From Candidatus Methylomirabilota bacterium (GTDB lineage: Bacteria > Methylomirabilota > Methylomirabilia > Rokubacteriales > CSP1-6): a stretch of DNA of 10,672 bases. A program made the position numbers and the translations under genes. A model generated the notes under the pieces. It saw nothing but the letters and a program-made list of their open reading frames with translations, was not told where the DNA came from and ran no database searches. Shown in pieces: positions 1 through 6,557 of this stretch. The stretch covers positions 1-10,672 of the forward strand of contig JBKPAK010000330.1 of the NCBI GenBank assembly GCA_046726415.1. Reading direction: 5' to 3'. Each line of letters opens with the position of its first letter. The first letter of the stretch is position 1.

Positions 1-1
1 C

Positions 2-118
2 GACGATACGTTCTTCATCCGGGTGACTGGGGGCGACGTCGAGACCAAGAAAACGCTCCGCTTCGACGTCGAGAAGAAGACCGTAGAAGTGGCCAACCGC
101 GCGCTTGGCCAGCGGTAG
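2..118 (+). CDS. 3' end of a CDS entering from the left edge (hypothetical protein)
   Basis: Open frame DDTFFIRVTGGDVETKKTLRFDVEKKTVEVANRALGQR ending at TAG 116-118, with mostly G/C third positions. Family not recognised. Confidence 0.55.
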   Translation, partial: DDTFFIRVTGGDVETKKTLRFDVEKKTVEVANRALGQR

Positions 119-290
119 CCGGGCTCAACAGGTCGGCATGATTGAAGCCGACGCGCCGGTGGCCGGCGAAACCTTTCAAACCGGCAACTGGTCGATGCGA
201 TCGGCATCCATCAGCCCCTGGCGCAGACGGTCTAAAACCTCATCGTAGAGGCGGTGCGAACGGAAGCCACCGATCCCGCCGAGACTCGGC

Positions 291-484
291 CGGCCAGTGA
301 TCGCTTCGAACGCGTGCTGGCCTCCGCGGCGTTGCTCCGACCGCGTCACTCGTCCGGCGAGGGCGAAGAGGAAGGCGTCGCCCTGGGGTGCCGACCTCGT
401 GACCGAACGCCGCTCGCAGGATGGGACGCTGGTCGGCCAGGATCGTCGCATGTTCGTCGCTCAGTCGTCACCGGAAGGCAGCGC
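291..484 (-). pseudogene. Eroded remnant of a class III adenylate/guanylate cyclase N-terminal region
   Basis: The minus strand reads, across several frameshifts, ALPSG / RLSDEHATILADQRPILRAAFGHEVGT / QGDAFLFAL / RTSDAVGA / QHAFEA / HWP. This is colinear with the common cyclase start LPSGTVTFLFTDIEGST..RLGDRYAEVLAEHRRILRAAF..EVDTQGDAFFVAF.RASDAVAAA..AQRAL..HWP. Confidence 0.6.
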
Positions 485-655
485 CGGCCTCGGCTAAAGC
501 AGGCGGCTATTCAGCTCGGTGGCTTCACCGAGGGGTGCCGGCCCCTCGATGCTTCCCGATTCTTGCGAAAAGCGCTTCCCCCAGGGATCCATAGGCACCC
601 TCTCACCCTCTCAAGACACGTCAGACCCTCAGAGGAACGCCCTGGAGGAAGGTCG

Positions 656-1072
656 ATGAAGGGAATACGTGAGCGACTCGAGATGGATTTGCTCAGGATG
701 GTGTCGCGCCTTCGCTTAGGGCCCGAGGTCGAGCCGGAGGAAGTCTCCGGCGCCGGCGTCGGGCGGCACGCAGACGAGGGCGACGAAAGGGTGGCCAGCG
801 AGGAGAGGGAGGTCCGATTCGGGACCCGCGAACTTCTCCGCGCGCGGGTCAACCGGACCAGGGCTGCTCTCGATCGCTTGAATGATGGCGAGTACGGGAT
901 CTGCGTGGAGTGTGGCAATCCGATCTCGCCGGCCCGGCTGCAGGCGATGCCGGAAGTGGAGACATGCGTGCCCTGCCAGGAGCGCCTGGAGCGACGCGAG
1001 CGGCGCGGGCACCAGCTCCAGTCCGTCGGCGTGTACGCGATGGTGATGAGGGCGTCTGAAGGATCGCGATGA
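656..1072 (+). CDS. TraR/DksA family C4-type zinc-finger transcription factor (138 aa)
   Basis: GGAGG at 644-648 precedes ATG 656. Coiled-coil region followed by ALDRLNDGEYGICVECGNPISPARLQAMPEVETCVPCQ (CxxC-x17-CxxC). The upstream part of the 254..1072 ORF is not convincingly coding. Confidence 0.9.
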   Translation: MKGIRERLEMDLLRMVSRLRLGPEVEPEEVSGAGVGRHADEGDERVASEEREVRFGTRELLRARVNRTRAALDRLNDGEYGICVECGNPISPARLQAMPEVETCVPCQERLERRERRGHQLQSVGVYAMVMRASEGSR

Positions 1073-1082
1073 AGACCGGTAT

Positions 1083-1336
1083 GCGATCGGCGGGATAAGC
1101 ATCGCCATGCCCCACGACTTCGCGGGACCACGTCGATCCCGCGGCCGCCGCGCGATCGCGAAGCGGCTCCCGTACAGCTCTCGCGAGAGCTGCGGGCCCA
1201 TGAGATCGCGCCGAGGAGGACGCGCACGGTCCCCCGGCAGGCCGCCGGGCCTGGCGATCGCGGCACCAATGACCTGCTCAACGTCACCGGCCACCGCATC
1301 CGGGAGCTGGCGATCACTCTCGACAAGCTCCTGTGA
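1083..1336 (+). pseudogene. Eroded C-terminal remnant of a xanthine dehydrogenase-family Mo-binding subunit (PaoC/YagR-like)
   Basis: 1265-1336 reads TNDLLNVTGHRIRELAITLDKLL*, matching the family C-terminus ANAVYNATGxRIRxxPITLDKLL. 1083-1124 reads AIGGISIAMPHDFA (then G), resembling the upstream GxxMAL..NHDxAxY segment with a deletion. Confidence 0.65.
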
Positions 1337-1348
1337 GGCCGTGTCCGA

Positions 1349-3439
1349 GTGGGTGACCACAGAGCCGTGATCGGCCCCACGCGGCTGGCCGGTCGGATAC
1401 CGTTCTGGGTTGCCATCGTCACAGTTGTCGTCGGCCTGCTCGTCGTGACCGGTAGCTTCCCGATCGTCTACGACCTGTGGTGGGGTCAGCGGAACATCGA
1501 ACTTCTCAAGGCTGACTACCTCGAGCAAGTTGCTGACACCGCCGAGACGGAGGTGGCCCGACTGTCACACATCGGCGCCCAAGCACTCCTCGCGCAGCGC
1601 TATCGCTTCGAGACTGGGTCCTATTCGACGGGCAATGGACTCGCCTTGGCGCGAGCCCTGGCCGCTGTGCTCCGCGCGGACTCGGACATCCAGGGGATCA
1701 GCTTCAGTGAGGGGGCGACGGGCCGCGTGATGCGAGCAAACCGCCTCGAGGGGAACGAGTTCGCTCTGACGGTCTCGGACCCTCGAGTCCAAGGTGGGGT
1801 GCCGGGGGAGTTCCGAGCCGACACCCTCGCTCCTTCCATCCGCATGCCGCCCCTGATCGCGCCCGACGAGCCGCGGACGCGTGAGTGGTACCGCCGGGCG
1901 ATCGCGGAGCCGGAGAGCATCATCTGGATGCCGCCCGACGCCTTCGCCGGACCTGCCCTCGGTATCACGGCCGCCCTCGCCGTGAGGGACCGAGCCGGGC
2001 GTGTGCTCGGCGTGGTCACCGTGGATTTCGCCCCCTCTGGCATCGCCGGCTTCCTTCAATCGATCAATATCGGACAGCACGGCACGGTGGTCTTGTTCGG
2101 CCAGGACGGAGAGCCGCTGGCCGGGGCCGCGGGCCCGGGCCGCGAGGCCGCCGCCCTCGCCGTGGCCCGCTGGACTCGCGGGGCGGGCGGCGCCATGGCC
2201 GATACGAAGGTCCGCCGGGCGGAGATCCTGGTCAACGGCGAGAAGTGGGACATCGTCGCGCGATCCATAGCTCGCGAGGTCGGCCCGCCGTGGATTGTCG
2301 CCGCGGCCTTGCCCGACGGCGACTTCATGGGTCCCGTCTACGCGAATCGCCGTGCCGCCATCACGATCATGCTGCTGGGGACGGTGGTTTCCGTCGGCGC
2401 TGGCGTCGGACTGTCGACGGTTATCGCGCAGTCCCTGGGCGGCGCGACGCGCGCGCTCGACCGCATCGCGCGGTTCGAGCTGGAGCAGCCGCCCCGACCC
2501 CAGTCGATGCTCCGCGAGGTTGCCCAGCTCGAAGACGCCGTGGGGCGAGTCACGGCGAGCCTTCGGTCGTTCACCCGCTATGCCCCCGAGGAAATCGTCC
2601 GCGACGTCGCGGCCAGCGGCCAGGAGGCCATCCTCTCCGGCGAGAAGCGCGAGGTGACCGTGCTCTTCACCGACTTGCGCGGCTTCACAGGATTCGCGAA
2701 GAAACTCCCGGCCGAGGAAGTTGTGGCCATTCTCAACGACCACTTCGATCTGCTCGTGGGCTTCATCGCCCGGCACGGAGGCTTCGTGGTCGACTTCCTG
2801 GGCGACGCGATCTTCGCCGTCTTCGGCGCGCCCCAGGCCGGTGGGGATCACGCGCAGCACGCGGTGGCGTGCGCCATCGAGATGCAGCGCGCCCGGGCCG
2901 CGCGGAACGACGAGAACCGGGCCTGCGGATGGCCGCCGATGGAGATGGGCGCCGGAATCAGCACGGGACCGGCGGTGGTCGGCAACATGGGCTCGCTTCG
3001 CCGGATCAAGTACGGGGTCGTCGGCCCCATCGTCAACGTGGCCGCCCGGATCGAGACGCTCACCGTGGGCGGCCAGGTCCTCGTGGCCGACTCCACCCGG
3101 CTGGCCCTGAGTGACCGATTGGTCGTCGATGGCCCGTTCGCGGCCGAAGGCAAAGGAGTGGAAGGAGTCATGCGTCTCTGGGAGGTGCTCGCCCTGCGGG
3201 GCGAGCGGATGCTCGTGATGCCCTCGCCGGTGCGCGACCTGGCCGAGTTGCCCACGCCGATCGAAGCCTCCGTCCGCCTGATCCTCGGCAAGCAGATCGA
3301 TCGGCAGAGCTACCCGGCGCGGCTCTACCGGCTCGGCACCCCGGGGGCGCGGAGCTCGAGTCAACGGCTCCTCTCGAGCTCTTCGGCGCCCTTCAGCTCC
3401 TGCTGCGGGAGCCGGTCCGACAGGAAGGCTCGCAGATGA
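1349..3439 (+). CDS. Membrane-bound class III adenylate/guanylate cyclase (TM-Cache-TM-HAMP-cyclase); C-terminus frameshifted near 3340
   Basis: Two hydrophobic TM segments flank a Cache-like region (PRTREWYRRA..GVVTVD), followed by HAMP. Cyclase motifs: VTVLFTDLRGFT, FLGDAIFAVFG, GISTGPAVVGNMGS, VNVAARIE. Start is GTG 1349 or GTG 1367. Confidence 0.9.
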   Translation: MGDHRAVIGPTRLAGRIPFWVAIVTVVVGLLVVTGSFPIVYDLWWGQRNIELLKADYLEQVADTAETEVARLSHIGAQALLAQRYRFETGSYSTGNGLALARALAAVLRADSDIQGISFSEGATGRVMRANRLEGNEFALTVSDPRVQGGVPGEFRADTLAPSIRMPPLIAPDEPRTREWYRRAIAEPESIIWMPPDAFAGPALGITAALAVRDRAGRVLGVVTVDFAPSGIAGFLQSINIGQHGTVVLFGQDGEPLAGAAGPGREAAALAVARWTRGAGGAMADTKVRRAEILVNGEKWDIVARSIAREVGPPWIVAAALPDGDFMGPVYANRRAAITIMLLGTVVSVGAGVGLSTVIAQSLGGATRALDRIARFELEQPPRPQSMLREVAQLEDAVGRVTASLRSFTRYAPEEIVRDVAASGQEAILSGEKREVTVLFTDLRGFTGFAKKLPAEEVVAILNDHFDLLVGFIARHGGFVVDFLGDAIFAVFGAPQAGGDHAQHAVACAIEMQRARAARNDENRACGWPPMEMGAGISTGPAVVGNMGSLRRIKYGVVGPIVNVAARIETLTVGGQVLVADSTRLALSDRLVVDGPFAAEGKGVEGVMRLWEVLALRGERMLVMPSPVRDLAELPTPIEASVRLILGKQIDRQSYPARLYRLGTPGARSSSQRLLSSSSAPFSSCCGSRSDRKARR

Positions 3440-3561
3440 TCGACGGAAAAGTCATCGCGTTCGGGGAGCGCGCGGGCGCACGAACGGCGCTCGTGCGCTT
3501 CACCGTCGTCGACTGGGACACGGTGGCCTGGATCGAGCCGCGAGTCCCCTCGATGAGCTGA
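3346..3561 (+). other. Out-of-frame continuation of the cyclase C-terminal (PilZ-like) domain
   Basis: After the CCCCGGGGG run (3339-3347) the shifted frame reads GAELESTAPLELFGALQLLL..IDGKVI..ALVRFT..* to TGA 3559-3561, 25 bp from the convergent DUF1348 stop. Confidence 0.7.
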
Positions 3562-3586
3562 ATAGCCCTGCGCGCGCGACTGCCTG

Positions 3587-4063
3587 TCATAGACCGAGGT
3601 CGGAGAGACCAGGGTGGTCATCGGGCCGGCGGCCGAGGGGCCAGAAGTACTTGCGATCCGTGGCGCGAATGGGCAGATCGTTGATGCTCGCGAGGCGCCG
3701 CGCCATGAGGCCGTTCGCCTCGAATTCCCAGTTCTCGTTTCCGTACGATCGAAACCACTGCCCGCTGTCGTCGTGCCACTCGTAGGCAAACCGGACGGCG
3801 ATCCGGTTGTCGTGAAACGCCCAGAGCTCCTTGATGAGGCGATAGTCCAGCTCTCTGACCCACTTCCGCGCGAGAAACTGGACAATCGCCGCACGACCGG
3901 TCAGAAACTCCGCGCGATTGCGCCAGACGCTGTCCAGGGTGTAGCCCCGCGAGACTCTCTCGGGGTCACGGGTGTTCCAGGCGTCCTCGGCGAGTCGCAC
4001 CTTCGCCATCGCGGTTTCCCGATCAAACGGCGGACAGGGTGGGCGGGCGGCCTCGGCCGTCAT
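3587..4063 (-). CDS. DUF1348 / NTF2 (SnoaL-like) family protein (158 aa)
   Basis: Hallmark sequence RPPxPPF..[22 protein letters not shown]..[60 protein letters not shown] 4063 lies 25 bp downstream of the cysK stop. Confidence 0.93.
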   Translation of the reverse strand: MTAEAARPPCPPFDRETAMAKVRLAEDAWNTRDPERVSRGYTLDSVWRNRAEFLTGRAAIVQFLARKWVRELDYRLIKELWAFHDNRIAVRFAYEWHDDSGQWFRSYGNENWEFEANGLMARRLASINDLPIRATDRKYFWPLGRRPDDHPGLSDLGL

Positions 4064-4088
4064 CTTGCAGCCCGGCAGCCGCGTTTCC

Positions 4089-5030
4089 CTACGGCTCCGG
4101 ATCGCTGCCCTCGGCGATCCCTTCGAAAAGCGCCGTGGACAGATAGCGCTCGCCCGTGTCCGGCAGCATGGCGAGAATGACTGAGCCCTCCGGCGCCGCT
4201 TCGGCGACCTTGCCGGCTGCGGCGAACGTGCCGCCGGATGAGATGCCGCAGAAAATGCCTTCGCTGCGCGCGAGCGCGCGCGCCGCCTCGATGGCTTCGG
4301 CATCCGTCACCGGCAGGATGCGATGGGGTACCGTGCGGTCGAGCACGGCGGGCACGAAGTCCGGCGTCCATCCCTGGATCTTGTGCGGTGTGAAGGGCTC
4401 GCCCGAGAGCAGTGCGGCGCCGGCCGGCTCGGTGGCGATGATCTGCACCTCGGGCCGGGCGAGTCGGATCATCTGCCCGGCACCCGTCAAGGTGCCGCCG
4501 GTGCCCCAGCCCGTGACGAAGTAATCCAGACGCTGGCCGGCGAAGTCCGACAGGATCTCGGGGCCAGTCGTGTTGCGGTGGTAGGCGGGGTTCGCCTCGT
4601 TCTCGAACTGGCGAGCGAGGAACCAGCCGTGCTTCTTGGCAAGCTCCTCGGCCTTGCGCACCATGCCCGTGCCGCGCTCGGCGGCCGGCGTGAGGATGAC
4701 CTTCGCGCCGAGCATGCGCATGACCTTGCGGCGTTCGACGGAGAACGTCTCCACCATCGTGGCGACGAACGGATAGCCCTTCGCCGCGCAGACCATCGCC
4801 AGTGCGATGCCGGTGTTGCCGGAGGTGGCCTCCACGACGGTCTGCCCCGGTTGCAACGCACCGGTCCTCTCCGCGTCTTCGATGATGGCGATGGCGAGCC
4901 GATCCTTGACCGAAGCGAGCGGATTGAAGAACTCACACTTCACGTACATCGTGACGCGCTTCGGCGCGAGGCGCTGGATGCGGACGATGGGAGTCCTCCC
5001 GATCGTGCCGAGGATGCTGTCATAAATCAC
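4089..5030 (-). CDS. cysK: Cysteine synthase A (O-acetylserine sulfhydrylase, PLP-dependent)
   Basis: NPLASVKDR (PLP lysine), [41 protein letters not shown] 5030 is preceded by AAGGAG. Confidence 0.95.
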   Translation of the reverse strand: MIYDSILGTIGRTPIVRIQRLAPKRVTMYVKCEFFNPLASVKDRLAIAIIEDAERTGALQPGQTVVEATSGNTGIALAMVCAAKGYPFVATMVETFSVERRKVMRMLGAKVILTPAAERGTGMVRKAEELAKKHGWFLARQFENEANPAYHRNTTGPEILSDFAGQRLDYFVTGWGTGGTLTGAGQMIRLARPEVQIIATEPAGAALLSGEPFTPHKIQGWTPDFVPAVLDRTVPHRILPVTDAEAIEAARALARSEGIFCGISSGGTFAAAGKVAEAAPEGSVILAMLPDTGERYLSTALFEGIAEGSDPEP

Positions 5031-5145
5031 ATGGCTCTCCTTGCGCTCGTCGGGTGCGCGGTCGAGCGCTCGTCGCGCGGTCATCACTCTTCTTGATGCG
5101 GGGACGGACAAGGAGGTTGCCTGCCCGCCAACTGAGAGAGGCTAG

Positions 5146-5170
5146 TGACCCCCCTTTTAGGAGGGGGTCA
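5146..5170. promoter_or_regulatory. Inverted repeat TGACCCCC-N9-GGGGGTCA, candidate operator/enhancer
   Basis: Perfect 8-bp arms in the divergent intergenic region between cysK and the small-protein/arc unit. Confidence 0.45.
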
Positions 5171-5229
5171 ACCCACACCAACGCACCCATGGGCCGGCCG
5201 CACCCCCCGCAATGCGGTACGACTCCTAA

Positions 5230-5245
5230 GGGCATGAGGGCTGCG
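5230..5245 (+). promoter_or_regulatory. Candidate sigma54 (-24/-12) promoter
   Basis: GGGCATGAGGGCTGCG: GG 5231-5232, N10, GC 5243-5244. Resembles TGGCAC-N5-TTGC. Confidence 0.4.
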
Positions 5246-5323
5246 AGGACCATCCCCATAACCGGTGGCCGTGAGAGCTCGTCTAAGGCGCGCGAGGCGA
5301 AATTGGCCACGCGGAGGGATCCA

Positions 5324-5359
5324 ATGGGCGAGGCGAATCGCTGGCGGCTCCGGCCATGA
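5324..5359 (+). CDS. Possible 11-aa leader peptide MGEANRWRLRP
   Basis: GGAGG at 5313-5317, ATG 5324, and its stop overlaps the next start (ATGA 5356-5359). Confidence 0.3.
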   Translation: MGEANRWRLRP

Positions 5360-5532
5360 GCCTCTGCGCCCTCTGCGGCGGCCCGAGCTACGGTGCGGAC
5401 GCCCTCTGCGCCCATCATCTCCCCGTCGGCGTCGACGGTTGGGCCACGGGCAATCGGATCATATGCGACTTCATCCACCGTGGCATCGTGTCTCGCACGC
5501 CGGTCGAGTCTTTCCTGAGTCAGGCGGACTGA
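5356..5532 (+). CDS. Small (58 aa) Cys/His-rich putative metal-binding protein
   Basis: MSLCALCGGPSYGADALCAHHLPVGVDGWATGNRIICDFIHRGIVSRTPVESFLSQAD*. Pattern CxxC-x10-CxHH-x15-CxxxH, coding-like codon usage. Too short to appear in the ORF track. Confidence 0.7.
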   Translation: MSLCALCGGPSYGADALCAHHLPVGVDGWATGNRIICDFIHRGIVSRTPVESFLSQAD

Positions 5533-5543
5533 TCGAATGGCCG

Positions 5544-5563
5544 GTCCAGCGAACGCGCTGGAC
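5544..5563 (+). other. Stem-loop GTCCAGCG-AACG-CGCTGGAC abutting the arc Shine-Dalgarno
   Basis: Perfect 8-bp stem with a 4-nt loop, directly before AAGGAGG 5564-5570. Confidence 0.45.
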
Positions 5564-5577
5564 AAGGAGGACTGGCG

Positions 5578-5769
5578 ATGAACATTCTGATGGACCCGCG
5601 GATGGAGATCGACGACCGGTCGGACACCTTCCGGATCCTCGCCGACGAGCTGGGCGAGTCGAATCGCCAGCTGGCAGCGGCCTCCGGCCAGAACACCAAG
5701 CTCGTCCACGCGCTCTCCGAGGCGCGCCATCAGATCGCCGCCCTCAAGGGCCGGGGCGGCTGGATGTGA
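5578..5769 (+). CDS. arc: N-terminal coiled-coil fragment of proteasome ATPase ARC/Mpa (63 aa)
   Basis: Strong SD AAGGAGG. RQLAAASGQNTKLVHALSEARHQIAALK matches the ARC N-terminal coiled coil (..NEKLxxxLxEARxQIxALKEEVDxL). Homology stops at 5748. Confidence 0.7.
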   Translation: MNILMDPRMEIDDRSDTFRILADELGESNRQLAAASGQNTKLVHALSEARHQIAALKGRGGWM

Positions 5770-6293
5770 AGATCAAGATCGCGCGGCCCGACCGGGAGGC
5801 CGCGGTGGACATCTTCCGGAAGTACCTGACCACGGACATCCCCGTCGCCGAATCGGAGAACCGAAGGCTCTCGCCCGAGGGCGCGGTTGTCATCGAGGCG
5901 CTGATCGACGAGGTGGTGGAGGCCATGTATCGGCCGTCGGAGGACAATCTCTTGTTCGAAATCACCTACGCCAGCGGCGACCAGGAACGCCTCTCCTTCA
6001 AGGACTTCGCGTCGGGGGCGATGATCGAGTCGATCGTGCGGCGGGCCAAGAAGCGGGCGGTGAAGCGGTACATCGCGCGGGGCAAGAAGGGCATCACTCT
6101 CGACGACCTGCTCACGGCGACGCGCGAGGAGTTCAGCGAGAACGAGGATCTGCCGAACACGACCAACCCCGACAACTGGGCGACGATCACTGGCCGAAAG
6201 GGGGAGCGGATCGTTGACGTGGCGGCGCTCCGGCGAGCTACGGAGAAACCGCGCAGCGTCGACACCGTCGTCACCACCGGACAATACCTCTGA
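5751..6293 (+). pseudogene. arc: C-terminal part of proteasome ATPase ARC/Mpa; OB domains and Walker A/B core absent; possible restart at GTG 5766
   Basis: PGRLDVKIKIARPD..DIFRKYL..YASGD..FKDFASGAMIESIVRRAKK..EEFSENEDLPNTTNPDNW..GRKGERIV..TGQYL* is the ARC C-terminal region with the 20S-docking GQYL motif. Confidence 0.85.
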
Positions 6294-6336
6294 GATGTCG
6301 GCGGTGCGGCGCGTTTGCTGAGCACTATAGGCATGC

Positions 6337-6354
6337 TCACCGGCGCGCCGGTGA
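6337..6354. repeat. 18-bp perfect palindrome TCACCGGCGCGCCGGTGA
   Basis: Self-complementary, 43 bp downstream of the arc stop. Overlaps a second inverted repeat TGAGCA-N9-TGCTCA (6319-6339). Confidence 0.5.
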
Positions 6355-6431
6355 CGCTCGCCGACGGCACACGGCAGGTTTGGGGTCGAATTCCTCCGCG
6401 ACGGCCAGTCTCATCGGATTGCCGCTCGCTG

Positions 6432-6503
6432 CGGCATCCGCTTCGGCGAGTTGATGAAGTCCTGGAACTTGGTCGGCTCGCGGACGAAGACCGGGGTGTC
6501 CCC
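6432..6503 (-). pseudogene. Short remnant of a monofunctional heme catalase
   Basis: The minus strand reads GDTPVFVREPTKFQDFINSPKRMP, versus the catalase signature GNNTPVFFxRDPxKFxDFIHSQKRxP. Confidence 0.6.
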
Positions 6504-6557
6504 GAGAATCTTTACGACGTCATCAACAAGCGGCGCAACCACCAGACCAAACTCTTT

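Noticed and set aside
132..176. Intrinsic terminator after the left-edge CDS
   Set aside because: Only 6-bp stems with a poor T-tract, not distinguishable from chance.
176..262. Minus-strand coding-like tail HRLYDEVLDRLRQGLMDADRIDQLPV*
   Set aside because: May be another gene remnant, but I cannot assign a family and it has no credible start.
254..655. Long N-terminal extension of the DksA-like ORF
   Set aside because: No SD and low-complexity translation. It is antisense to the cyclase remnant, and the good SD/ATG is at 644-658.
1565..3364. Long antisense and alternative-frame ORFs (e.g. 1565..3364 -, 1885..3114 +, 4323..5096 +, 8047..8997 +)
   Set aside because: Typical high-GC shadow ORFs overlapping well-supported genes, with no recognisable motifs.
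5265..5750. N-terminal half of the 342-aa ORF 5265..6293 as a novel domain fused to ARC
   Set aside because: Arg/Pro/Gly-rich shadow translation that overlaps two better-supported ORFs (5356-5532 and 5578-5769) in another frame.
5742..5756. Programmed -1 frameshift joining the arc halves
   Set aside because: The junction CTCAAGGGCCG lacks a canonical X XXY YYZ slippery heptamer. It cannot be excluded but is unsupported.
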